Shown piece by piece: positions 25,147-33,103 of a stretch of DNA of 33,135 nucleotides (position 1 is the stretch's first letter; each line of letters starts with the position of its first letter). This DNA is from an uncultured Clostridia bacterium (lineage in GTDB: Bacteria > Bacillota > Clostridia > Oscillospirales > Oscillospiraceae). The position numbers and the translations under genes were made by a program. Location of the stretch: positions 1-33,135 of the forward strand of contig CALICR010000154.1 of the NCBI GenBank assembly GCA_938049125.1, read 5' to 3'. Under the pieces are notes generated by a model, which saw only the letters and a list, made by a program, of their open reading frames with translations, did not search any database and was not told where the DNA came from.

Positions 25147-25611
25147 ATGGAGATCCGCCAGATCTTTGAGAACAAGAAGCAGTATATGGATCTGCTGTTC
25201 CTGGCGGACGAGCAGGAGGACATGATCAACCGGTATCTGGACAAGGGAGAGATGTTTGTGCTCTTCGATCCGGAGCCGGTGGGGGAGTGCGTGGTCTGCG
25301 ACCTCGGGGACGGCGTCTTCGAGATCAAGAACATCGCCACGTCGCCGGAGGTCCACGGCAAGGGCTATGGCCGGGTGCTGATCGAGTTCCTGGCGGAGCA
25401 CTACCGCGGTCGCTGCCGGCAGCTCTTCGCCGGGACCGGGGACAGCCCGCTGACGCTGCCGTTCTACAAGAAGTGCGGCTTCCGGGAGCACCACCGGCTC
25501 AAGAATTTCTACACGGACAACTATGACCACCCCATCATCGAGGCGGGGGTCCAGCTCGTGGACATGGTGTATCTCTGCCGGGAATTCCCGGATGCCGCGC
25601 CGCAGGAATAA
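25147..25611 (+). CDS. GNAT-family N-acetyltransferase
   Basis: 154 aa from the internal ATG at 25147; the tracked start at 24994 overlaps the upstream gene. The acetyl-CoA motif reads FEIKNIATSPEVHGKGYGRVLIEFL, followed by FYKKCGF. Confidence 0.8.
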   Translation: MEIRQIFENKKQYMDLLFLADEQEDMINRYLDKGEMFVLFDPEPVGECVVCDLGDGVFEIKNIATSPEVHGKGYGRVLIEFLAEHYRGRCRQLFAGTGDSPLTLPFYKKCGFREHHRLKNFYTDNYDHPIIEAGVQLVDMVYLCREFPDAAPQE

Positions 25612-25637
25612 TTTCCGCAAAAATCTGCGCGAGGCCC

Positions 25638-25666
25638 TTGCTTTTTTGAGAGGTGCGTCTTATAAT
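25638..25666 (+). promoter_or_regulatory. Putative sigma-A promoter for the c-di-AMP receptor gene
   Basis: TTGCTT (25638-25643), a 17-nt spacer, then TATAAT (25661-25666). Confidence 0.5.
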
Positions 25667-25710
25667 ACGGTGAAATCAATCCGCCGGACCGGCGGAAGGA
25701 GAGGTGCCAT

Positions 25711-26067
25711 ATGAACGAGACGACCTGCGACAAGCTGGTATTTGCCGTCCTCCAGGGCGACGACTACGGCGAAGTGGTCTACGCGCTGAATCAGGAGGGG
25801 ATCGCCGTCACGATGCTGAACTCCACGGGCGGTTTCCTGAAAAAGCGGAGCGTGACGGTCATGATTGGCGTCGCGCACGACCGGCTGGATACGGTGCTGG
25901 CCGTCCTCAAGCGGACGGCCGGACGCCGGGTCGAGACGGTGTACCAGGGGGTCCCTGCCATGGGATCCTGTGAGATCGATCCGCTGATCGCAGCTGCGCC
26001 GGTGAAGGTGCAGTGCGGCGGCATCGTGGCCTTCATTCTGGACCTGGACCGGATGGAGCGCTTCTGA
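25711..26067 (+). CDS. darA: PII-like cyclic-di-AMP receptor (DarA/PstA, DUF970/YaaQ family)
   Basis: 118 aa with a GGAAGGAGAGG RBS. It aligns along its length with B. subtilis YaaQ/DarA as I recall it: LVFAVLQ, NSTGGFLKK..TVMIGV and CGGIVAFIL..ERF. Confidence 0.82.
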   Translation: MNETTCDKLVFAVLQGDDYGEVVYALNQEGIAVTMLNSTGGFLKKRSVTVMIGVAHDRLDTVLAVLKRTAGRRVETVYQGVPAMGSCEIDPLIAAAPVKVQCGGIVAFILDLDRMERF

Positions 26068-26070
26068 GCG

Positions 26071-26113
26071 TAAAAATGCGGCCTGCGCAGCATGCACAGG
26101 CCGCAGTTTTTTT
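26071..26113. terminator. Bidirectional rho-independent terminator
   Basis: Stem GCGGCCTG (26078-26085) / CAGGCCGC (26097-26104), flanked by AAAAA upstream and TTTTTTT downstream. It lies between the convergent darA and cupin genes. Confidence 0.8.
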
Positions 26114-26115
26114 GC

Positions 26116-26454
26116 TCAGTCCTCGGGGAACACGACGGTGAGGAGCATCTTGAAGTCCTCCTCGGCGAAAACGGCATGGGGCTTCTTGGCGGGCATGACC
26201 AGCGTCTCGCCGGCGTGGAGGTGGTAGACCGTGCCGTCCACGGTGAACTGGCCGAGGCCCTCCAGTACCGTGACCATGGCGTCGCCGGTGGAGTCGTGGG
26301 TGCCGATGGCCTCACCCTTGGAGAAGGAGAAGAGGGTGATACTGACGGCCTCGTTCTGGGCCAGGGTCTTGCTGATGACCTGGCCGGGCTGGACGTCCAG
26401 CTGGGCGGGCAGGGAGAGAACGGTCTCATGGGGGATGTTTTTCAGATAGGTCAT
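26116..26454 (-). CDS. Cupin-domain protein
   Basis: 112 aa from the ATG at 26454, with AAAGGAGAG 6 nt upstream; the tracked start at 26472 lacks an RBS. Cupin motifs are GEAIGTHDSTGDAMVTVLEG and HLHAGETLVMPAKKPHAV. Confidence 0.8.
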   Translation of the reverse strand: MTYLKNIPHETVLSLPAQLDVQPGQVISKTLAQNEAVSITLFSFSKGEAIGTHDSTGDAMVTVLEGLGQFTVDGTVYHLHAGETLVMPAKKPHAVFAEEDFKMLLTVVFPED

Positions 26455-26486
26455 GGAAAGCTCTCCTTTCAAAGTTCGGGCGGCGC

Positions 26487-27203
26487 TCAGTCCGCAATCT
26501 TGCCGTCAATGGTGATGGTGACGACCTGCCAGGGGAGACGCTTGCCGCTGGCCTTCAGAGCTTCCTTGGCGGCGAATTCCAGGCCGCCGCAGCAGGGGAC
26601 CTCCATGCGGACCACAGTGACACTGCGGACGTCATTCCGCCGCAGAATCTCCGTCAGCTTCTCGCGGTAGTCCACGCTGTCCAGCTTCGGGCAGCCCACC
26701 AGGGTGATGCGGTCCCGGATGAATTCCTCGTGGAAGGCCGCGTAGGCGTAAGCCGTGCAGTCCGCGGCGATGAGCAGGTCCGCGCCGTTGAAATAGGGCG
26801 CTGTGGGCGGCACCAGCCGGATCTGTACCGGCCACTGACGGAGCTGGCTCTCCCGTCCCGTGCCCGCGGGCGCTTCGGCGCGGGACACCGGGGCGTCCCC
26901 GTGGGCAAAGAATTTGAGGGCGGAGCCGGGACATCCGTGGGGCTTCTCCGCAGCCGTCGGGGCCTTGGCCGCCTTGGCGGCCAGCACCGCTGCCTCGTCG
27001 TAGGCCGGGGCCTCGCGCTCCTCAAAGGTGATGGCCCCGGTGGGGCAGGCGGGCAGGCAGTCGCCCAGGCCGTCGCAGTAGTGCTCCCGGGCCAGGCGAG
27101 CCTTGCCGTTCACCATCTCAATGGCTCCCTCGTGGCAGGCGGCGGCGCAGGCGCCGCAGCCATTGCATTTTTCTTCGTCGATTCGGATGATCTTCCGGAT
27201 CAT
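26487..27203 (-). CDS. 4Fe-4S dicluster domain protein with a Cys-containing C-terminal domain
   Basis: 238 aa. Two ferredoxin motifs are present, CNGCGACAAAC and CDGLGDCLPACP. The C-terminal part has VGCPKLD and VPCCGG. Its ATG overlaps the upstream stop (ATGA). Confidence 0.8.
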   Translation of the reverse strand: MIRKIIRIDEEKCNGCGACAAACHEGAIEMVNGKARLAREHYCDGLGDCLPACPTGAITFEEREAPAYDEAAVLAAKAAKAPTAAEKPHGCPGSALKFFAHGDAPVSRAEAPAGTGRESQLRQWPVQIRLVPPTAPYFNGADLLIAADCTAYAYAAFHEEFIRDRITLVGCPKLDSVDYREKLTEILRRNDVRSVTVVRMEVPCCGGLEFAAKEALKASGKRLPWQVVTITIDGKIAD

Positions 27204-27487
27204 TTTTTGGTTCCTCCTTGCTTCGCTGCGCGCTCCTCGGCGGCGCGGGCCTTCTGGGCAGCGGCGATCTCCATCATGTGCTCGTACATCTCATCGCCGA
27301 CGCACTTGCGAGCGTATTTGCACCACTGCACGCAGCTCAGCGTGTCGTTGTAGACCGTAAAGCCGCAGTTTTCACAGGTGACTTCCGTGTCCGTGGAAAA
27401 GATCTCGATGGGTGCGCCGCACTGGGGGCATACTTTTTCGGAGATCGTCGGGGTCCGGGGCTTGCCCTGGCATCCGTCCATGATCAT
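27200..27487 (-). CDS. Small zinc-ribbon / Cys-rich protein
   Basis: 95 aa with AAAGGAGG upstream. The ribbon is CPQCG...CENCG, with additional Cys residues (SCVQWCKYARKC) and a basic Ala/Lys tail. Confidence 0.7.
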   Translation of the reverse strand: MIMDGCQGKPRTPTISEKVCPQCGAPIEIFSTDTEVTCENCGFTVYNDTLSCVQWCKYARKCVGDEMYEHMMEIAAAQKARAAEERAAKQGGTKK

Positions 27488-27632
27488 GGTTCATCGGCCT
27501 CCTTTTCGCCCGGCGGGCCGGGCTTCTCTGTTTTCTGCCTCTATCTTAGCAGACAGACCGGAAATTGTATGTTGGAAATCCAACAAACTGAGATTTTTTG
27601 AGGAAATTTGCCCCGGCGGAGGCCGCTTTGGA

Positions 27633-27661
27633 TTTACAGGGCGGCGGTTTCGGGGTATAAT
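27633..27661 (+). promoter_or_regulatory. Putative sigma-A promoter for the DUF218 gene
   Basis: TTTACA (27633-27638), a 17-nt spacer, then TATAAT (27656-27661). Confidence 0.55.
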
Positions 27662-27720
27662 GAGGACGCCGCCTCCGGGCGGCGGCGCACGATACTATTT
27701 ATATAAAAGGATCGGACCAC

Positions 27721-28482
27721 ATGGCAAAGCGCATTCTCCTTCTTCTCCTCTCTGCGGCCTCGCTTGCTTATTATCTCTGGATCGGCAGCAACAATGCATT
27801 CTCCATGTCGCTGCTCTCCGTCTGGCCTGCGCTCTCGGTGCTGTTTCTGGGGCTGGCGCTTCTGCCGAAGCGGGTGCGGCTGCCGCGCTGGCTGCGCTGG
27901 ACGCTGCTTGTATTTCTGCTGCCTGTGCTGATCGCAGCGGGCTGCATCCTCGGCGGCATGACGGCCCGGGGCGGGGAAGACTTCGACTGCCTCGTCGTGC
28001 TGGGTGCGGCGCTGAACGGACGGGAGCCGTCGGCAGCGCTGGAGGCTCGGCTCGAGACGGCGGCGGACTACCTCGACGCGCATCCGGAGACGGACGTCAT
28101 CGTCTCCGGCGGCCAGGGCGTCTCCGAGGTCGTCAGCGAGGCGGAATGCATGCGGGACTGGCTCCTGCGCCGCGGCATCGACCCAGGGCGCATCCGCATG
28201 GAGGACCGCTCCACGGATACGGCGGAGAACCTCCGTTACAGTCTCGCCATGCTGCCCGGCGAGGGTCTGCGCGTCGGCATCGTCACGAGCAATTTCCACG
28301 TGTTCCGCTCCCTCGGCATCGCCCGGGCCGAGGCCGGGGACCGGCTGACGCTCCGCGGGCTGGCAGCTCCCTTTTCACCGCGGCTGTTGCCCCATTTCCT
28401 GCTGCGGGAGCTGTGCGCCGTGGGCGCGGATACCTTGCGGGGCCGAATGTGCTGGTTTTTATGCATTCCTTTCAAAAGTTGA
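27721..28482 (+). CDS. DUF218 (YdcF/ElyC/SanA family) membrane-anchored protein
   Basis: 253 aa. N-terminal TM helices are followed by DCLVVLGAALNG, VIVSGGQG, SEAECMRDWL, EDRSTDTAENL and IVTSNFHVFRS, which are DUF218 hallmarks. Confidence 0.82.
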   Translation: MAKRILLLLLSAASLAYYLWIGSNNAFSMSLLSVWPALSVLFLGLALLPKRVRLPRWLRWTLLVFLLPVLIAAGCILGGMTARGGEDFDCLVVLGAALNGREPSAALEARLETAADYLDAHPETDVIVSGGQGVSEVVSEAECMRDWLLRRGIDPGRIRMEDRSTDTAENLRYSLAMLPGEGLRVGIVTSNFHVFRSLGIARAEAGDRLTLRGLAAPFSPRLLPHFLLRELCAVGADTLRGRMCWFLCIPFKS

Positions 28483-28504
28483 AGGAAAGACTATATTTTG
28501 TAGG

Positions 28505-28533
28505 TTGACACGGGACGAAAAAAAGGATATAGT
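28505..28533 (+). promoter_or_regulatory. Near-consensus sigma-A promoter driving the riboswitch leader
   Basis: TTGACA (28505-28510), a 17-nt spacer, then TATAGT (28528-28533). Confidence 0.7.
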
Positions 28534-28544
28534 AGAAACGAAAA

Positions 28545-28740
28545 ATCAAGAGCACCAAGTGCCGCCGGTGCTGCCTGAGGGCCGGCGGAGAATAGTGAAT
28601 CGGGTGAGATTCCCGAACGGTACCGCCACTGTGAGCGCGGAGACCGTACACAGGGCGAAAGCCGGTCATTGGGGAGCCATTCCCTGAGAAGGCCGTGTAC
28701 GGTCGGTGAGGCGCGAGTCAGGAGACCTGCTTGGAGGCAT
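28545..28740 (+). promoter_or_regulatory. Cobalamin (B12) riboswitch aptamer
   Basis: The conserved core is AATAGTGAATCGGGTGAGATTCCCGAACGGTACCGCCACTGTGAGCG (GCCACTG at 28624-28630). The B12 box AGTCAGGAGACCTGC lies at 28716-28730. A candidate P1 pairs CCAAG (28555-28559) with CTTGG (28730-34). A promoter lies upstream and a terminator downstream. Confidence 0.85.
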
Positions 28741-28796
28741 TTTCCCCTGCGCGCTTTGCGAGTTATGAGGTGCGTGGTCGATTTTGTGACGCAGAA

Positions 28797-28841
28797 AAAC
28801 GGCTGCGGCAACGATGGTTGCCGCAGCCGCTTTTGATTTTT
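28797..28841 (+). terminator. Rho-independent terminator, the likely expression platform of the B12 riboswitch
   Basis: 12-bp stem GGCTGCGGCAAC (28801-28812) / GTTGCCGCAGCC (28817-28828) with loop GATG, then GCTTTTGATTTTT. Confidence 0.85.
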
Positions 28842-28979
28842 CAGTGAATACGGGCGCGGAACTTCCCCCATTCCCGCCCGCACGTGCGGTGGGGCCGGCG
28901 GTACCGGTCCCCCTGAGATGCCCGGCGTCCCGCTTTCCCCCAGCGAGCGCCGGGCACAGAACCGAAACAGGTGAATGCG

Positions 28980-29129
28980 ATGCAGCAGAACATGGATATC
29001 TCCCCCCAGGAGGCAAAGCTGATCCGGCTCATCCGCTCGATGACGTCCGGAGAGCTCCTGATCATTGTAAAAGATAATCGACCGATCCGTGTGGAACAGA
29101 TCGAACGGGGCATCCCGCTTTCAACGTGA
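28980..29129 (+). CDS. YezD/DUF2292-like small protein (49 aa), not in the supplied ORF track
   Basis: The ATG at 28980 has AGGTGA 6 nt upstream, and the TGA is at 29127-29129. It translates to MQQNMDISPQEAKLIRLIRSMTSGELLIIVKDNRPIRVEQIERGIPLST. The pattern x-G-x-hydrophobic-IIV-x-D-x-x-P/V-x-x-V/I-E resembles the YezD family (..YGSV.I.VQDGKVVQIE..EK.R). Confidence 0.55.
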   Translation: MQQNMDISPQEAKLIRLIRSMTSGELLIIVKDNRPIRVEQIERGIPLST

Positions 29130-29178
29130 GTACCCCGGATTGTGCAGCAGGGACCGACGGAAGAACCGAGGCCCGGGA

Positions 29179-29233
29179 GGCGGAGGCACAGCAGTGCTCC
29201 GCCTATCGGGCGTTTTTTCAATAAGCGCCCGAT
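29179..29233 (+). terminator. Two tandem hairpins, a possible weak terminator or processing structure
   Basis: The first hairpin pairs GGCGGAG (29179-85) with CTCCGCC (29197-203). The second pairs ATCGGGCG (29205-12) with CGCCCGAT (29226-33) and has a T-rich loop. No clean T-tract follows either stem. Confidence 0.3.
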
Positions 29234-29299
29234 TTAATTCTGTTCTGCGCCTCTGCGGCGTTTGAGATAGCAAAGAAAATGGAGAAATGGAGGAAAACC

Positions 29300-32200
29300 A
29301 TGAAGCACAAAAATTTGACGCGGCTGCTTTCGCTGCTGCTGACGCTGGTGCTCCTTTGTTCCGTCTGCCTCCCGGCCTATGCGGCCGGACTGGAAGCAGT
29401 GGGCGAAGCCCAAATGACGGATTCGGCTGCCACGGAGGACCTGGCCGGGACGGAACCGGCTGATACGGAAGCGGCTGATACGGAAGCGGCTGATACGGAA
29501 GCGGCTGATACGGAAGCGGCTGATACGGAACCGGCTGATACGGAACCGGAGGAGGAGCTGCAGAATACCGCAGTTCCGCAGGCGGCATGCACCGTCTCGG
29601 TACTGGAATCTGCCCCCACGACGGCAGAGACGACGACCGGCAGCATTTACACGCTCGATCTCTCGACGGTCTTTACGGACAGCGAAGGGCACACCCTCAG
29701 CTATACGCTGAGCGGCGGCGACTTCGGTCAGCAGACCAAGATCAAGGACGGCGTGCTCTATTTCTCCGTCGGCGCGGCGGGCGACTATACGCCGACCATC
29801 ACTGCGACCTGCGAAAGCGGCGCGACGGCGGCCTATACGCCGACCATCACGGTCAAGGCTGTGAGCGAGGGAAGCCAGGAGCAGTACGGCTACGACGAAA
29901 CACCGGCAAGCTCCGTCACGGTCTATGTGACGGTCAACAGCGACGGCATTCCCATCCGCGGCAACGACGAGAAGCAGACCATCCTTTCCCATCTCAAGGT
30001 CACGGTGCCCTACTTTGACCTGGCGGATTACGGTCTCGGCGATTTCCATCGGTATCACACGGAGAACGGTCAGGGCTCCTATGTGGATGACGTGATCGTG
30101 GAGCGGCCCACGGCGCTGCACCTCTACATCTACCTGCTGGAGCACTACTACATGGGCCTTCCGGACAGCGCCTGCTGCAAGGGCACGTCCGGTGTGCTGG
30201 ACTACGCGACCGAGACGGACGTCTACGACATGAACGGCGACCCTGCCTTCACCGGAACGAACAAGGCGCTGAACATCACCGGCTCCGCCACCTCTCTGTA
30301 TATGCAGCAGTTCTGGGGTCATGACGAAAACCTCATGTACTACCGCAACCATGTCTACCCGCTTATGTCGGCGGGCTGGGGCAGCACGGCGGACTACATC
30401 CTCCTCTCGGATGATGACACCATCGATGTGGCGATGTTCTCCAACTGGAACTTCTGGAGCGACGGCGGCGCATTCGCCCGCTTCGACAAGGACGCCTACC
30501 AGGGACGCGCCGGCGCAGCGCTGGCAGTCCAGACGCTGAAGTATGACACCAGATCCGTTGCGGACGGCGGCACCGAGAGCTTCACGCCGATCTCCGGTCT
30601 GAAGGTCGGTCTCTACGATGCAAACTGGAAGCTGCTTCAGGAGCTGTCCAGCGACAACGGCAGCTACACCGTTACGCTTCCGGAGACGGCGGGCGAGTAT
30701 TACCTCCTCGGCATCGACCCGAACCACGGCACCATGGATGCGCGCTTCGCCTCCGCGACCGCACGTGTCACGGTTCTCGGCGACGAGAATCCGGATCCCT
30801 TCGCGGACACCCTCTTCACCAGCGTGAACTATGCGGACAACAGCGGCAGCACCGCAGTCCTCGACGATTTCACGGCGCTGACCGGCGGCATCAGCGACAC
30901 GGACGGCCTGGGCAACGAATATAAGAACCTGCCCGCCTACACCTTCAAGATCCCGCAGTCCCTGATCGGCAATACGGTCAGCTTCGTCTTCCCGGCGGAG
31001 CAGGGACTTCAGCCCTACGGCATGAGCTGGTCGAAGGGCGATGGCTTCGGCTATGACGCGCCGAACCTCACGCTCAAAACGAATGACGACGGCACGCAGA
31101 CGCTCTCCTTCGACATCACTGAGGACTTCGTCGGCACCGGCAAGTATATCGTCTTTGAGAACGACGAGTTCAAGGGCTTCCTCGGCGTCACCTTTGAGCT
31201 GGGCGGCGCGACCGGCGCAGTCGCCGTCACCGGCGTCAGCCTCGACCAGACCGCGCTGAATGTTCCGCTCGGCACAGCGCCGCAGCTGACCGCAACGGTC
31301 ATGCCAGAGAACGCCACCAACAAGGATGTCGCGTGGAGCAGCAGCAACAAGACCGTTGCGACGGTCTCCGAGAGCGGCGTCATCACTCCGGTGAGCGAGG
31401 GCGCCACGATCATCACCGTCACCACCATGGACGGCAGCTACACGGCGACCTGCCGCGTCACGGTCGTGGACGACCGCACGCCGAACCTGAGCGCGGACGG
31501 CTACTATGAGATCACCTCCGCACAGCAGCTCAAGTGGTTTGCCGACGCGGTCAACAGCGACAAGAGCAGCGCAAACGCGCGGCTGATGAACGACATCGAC
31601 CTGTCCGAGGTGTGCAGCGCGGAGAACGGCTCCTGGGAGCCGATCGGCACCGCAATGAAGTATATTCAGTACTCCGGCACCTTCGACGGGCAGGGACATA
31701 CGATCAGCAACCTCTATATCAATGAGAAGCTGAGCAACACCGCCAACGGCGAGACCAATGACCGCGCCCTCTTCGGCAGGGTCGAGGGCGGCACGATCAA
31801 GAACGTGACCGTGACCGGCTCCGTGACGACCAACGCGCGCTATGCGTCCGGTCTTGTGGGCTATGCCATAAAGGCCACCATTGAAAACTGCCATACAAAC
31901 GTCGCAGTGACCGGAACGGGCACCTGGGGCGCGACCGGCATCATCGGCTTCGCAGCGGCGGGCGTGACCATCCGGAACTGCTCCAACAGCGGCCCCATCC
32001 ACGGTGCGGGCACCTATGTTGCGGGCGTCGTCGGCAGCGGCTACGAGATTACGGTGGACGGCTGCTACAATGACGGCGAGATCGTCTGCAACGATTTCTA
32101 CGGCGAGGGCGCAGTCGGCGGCGTCATTGGCTACCTCAGCTCCCCCAAAGCGAAGATCAGCAATTGCTACAACCTCGGCACCGTGACCACGGATGACTCG

Positions 32201-33103
32201 AATTACCGGGTCGGCGGCGTGGTCGGCATGTTCTACTTCTACTCCGGCGGCACGGCGCAGATCTCCTCCTGCTACAATGCGGGCATGATCAACAGCAAGA
32301 GCAGCAAGGCAGGCTCCCTCGCGGGCAGCGTGGAGGACAGAAACGGCAAGCTCACGGGTCAGACGGCGGAGAACTGCTTCTACCTCCTCGGCACCTGCAC
32401 GTCGGACTTCTTCGGACTTTCGTCCGTGACGGAGGCGTACCTCCGCAGCGCGGCTGCGACTGCGCAGCTCAACGGGGAATCCGGCAGCGCCTACAAGCGC
32501 GGCACCGCGCACCCCATCCTGAGCTGGCAGCCGGACGAGCCCGTTGACACCACCCCGGAGAAGAACGAGCAGGGCTTCTATCAGCTTACCTCTGCGGACG
32601 ATCTCCTCTGGTTTGCGGACAAGGTCAACAACGGCGGACTGAACGCCATCGACGCCGTTCTGATGAACGACATCGACCTCAGCTCCGTGGAGAACTGGAC
32701 GCCCATCGGCAGCTCCGATACGAAGTACCTCGGCACCTTTGACGGACAGGGCCATGCCATCACCGGTCTGACGATCCAGCAGGGCGACGTGTCGGCGACC
32801 CTCACGCTTGGCCTCTTCGGCTATGCCGGCAGCGGCGCGGCACTCAAGAACTTCACGCTGGACGGCGGCGTGACCCTTACCACCTCGCAGCAGATCGCGG
32901 GCGCAGCCGGCGGCATCGGCTCGGTGGTCGGGCATGCCAACGGCGCGACCATCACGGACGTGCAGAGCAGCGTTTCCGTCACGGTCAGCGCACCCTCGAC
33001 CAAGAACGTGGGCTATGTGGGCGGACTCGCCGGCATGACCACGAAAGCAACGCTGCTGCGCTGCGGCACCTCCGGCACGCTGACGCTTACCCTGACGGGC
33101 AGC
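29300..33103 (+). CDS. Large secreted cell-surface protein, 5' complete and 3' truncated (Big_2 Ig-like domain plus two beta-helix/GLUG-like modules)
   Basis: The ATG at 29300 has GGAGG 6 nt upstream. The frame stays open for 1268 codons up to the adapter junction; it is missing from the track because it has no stop.
- Signal peptide: MKHKNLTRLLSLLLTLVLLCSVCLPAYA/AG.
- Tandem repeats: (A/P)ADTE.
- Big_2-like domain: ~31225-31468 (VTGVSLDQTALNVPLGTAPQLTATVMPENATNKDVAWSSSNKTVATVSESGVITPVSEGATIITVTT).
- Two modules begin Y(Y/F)xxTSAxxLxWFAxxVN...NDIDLS...GTFDGQGHxIxxL, as seen in IgA-protease/GLUG-type surface proteins. Confidence 0.85.
29456..29545 (+). repeat. Six tandem copies of a 15-bp unit (SCGGCTGATACGGAA) inside the surface-protein gene
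   Basis: The units run 29456-70, 29471-85, 29486-500, 29501-15, 29516-30 and 29531-45. They are identical except for the first base (C/G). In frame they encode PADTE-(AADTE)x4-PADTE. Confidence 0.95.

Noticed and set aside
16678-25620. Further - strand or alternate-frame ORFs over the GT, heptose and GT-C genes (e.g. 16678-18528, 18592-19383, 19789-20817, 20793-21359, 21949-22782, 23034-24140, 24210-25361, 24796-25620, 22829-23599 +)
   Set aside because: The reasoning is the same. They overlap + strand genes with clear family motifs and show biased R/A/G/P composition typical of off-frame translation of GC-rich DNA.
25791-27353. ORFs 25791-26429 (-), 26092-26670 (+), 26730-27353 (+) and nested ones
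   Set aside because: They overlap the darA, cupin and Fe-S genes in other frames or on the other strand. Their low-complexity P/R/S/G products have no signals.
27570-27585. Palindrome TGTTGG-AAAT-CCAACA in the divergent intergenic region between the Zn-ribbon operon and the DUF218 gene
   Set aside because: It could be an operator, but it is only a single 6-bp-arm inverted repeat, and no regulator gene is adjacent. That is too little evidence for a feature call.
27378-28508. 376-aa + ORF and 221-aa - ORF (27634-28299) overlapping the DUF218 gene and its promoter region
   Set aside because: The DUF218 frame (27721-28482) has family motifs, an RBS and a promoter. The 376-aa frame runs through the divergent intergenic region and is R/G/A/P-rich.
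28505-28835. 60-aa + ORF (28505-28687) and a 23-codon ORF from the ATG at 28765
   Set aside because: The first begins inside the -35 box and spans the riboswitch aptamer. The second has no RBS and runs through the terminator stem. Both are incidental frames in structured RNA.
29456-29545. Tandem 15-bp repeats considered as a CRISPR array or minisatellite
   Set aside because: The units are directly adjacent with no spacers, they are far shorter than CRISPR repeats, and they lie in frame inside a CDS. This is a coding tandem repeat.
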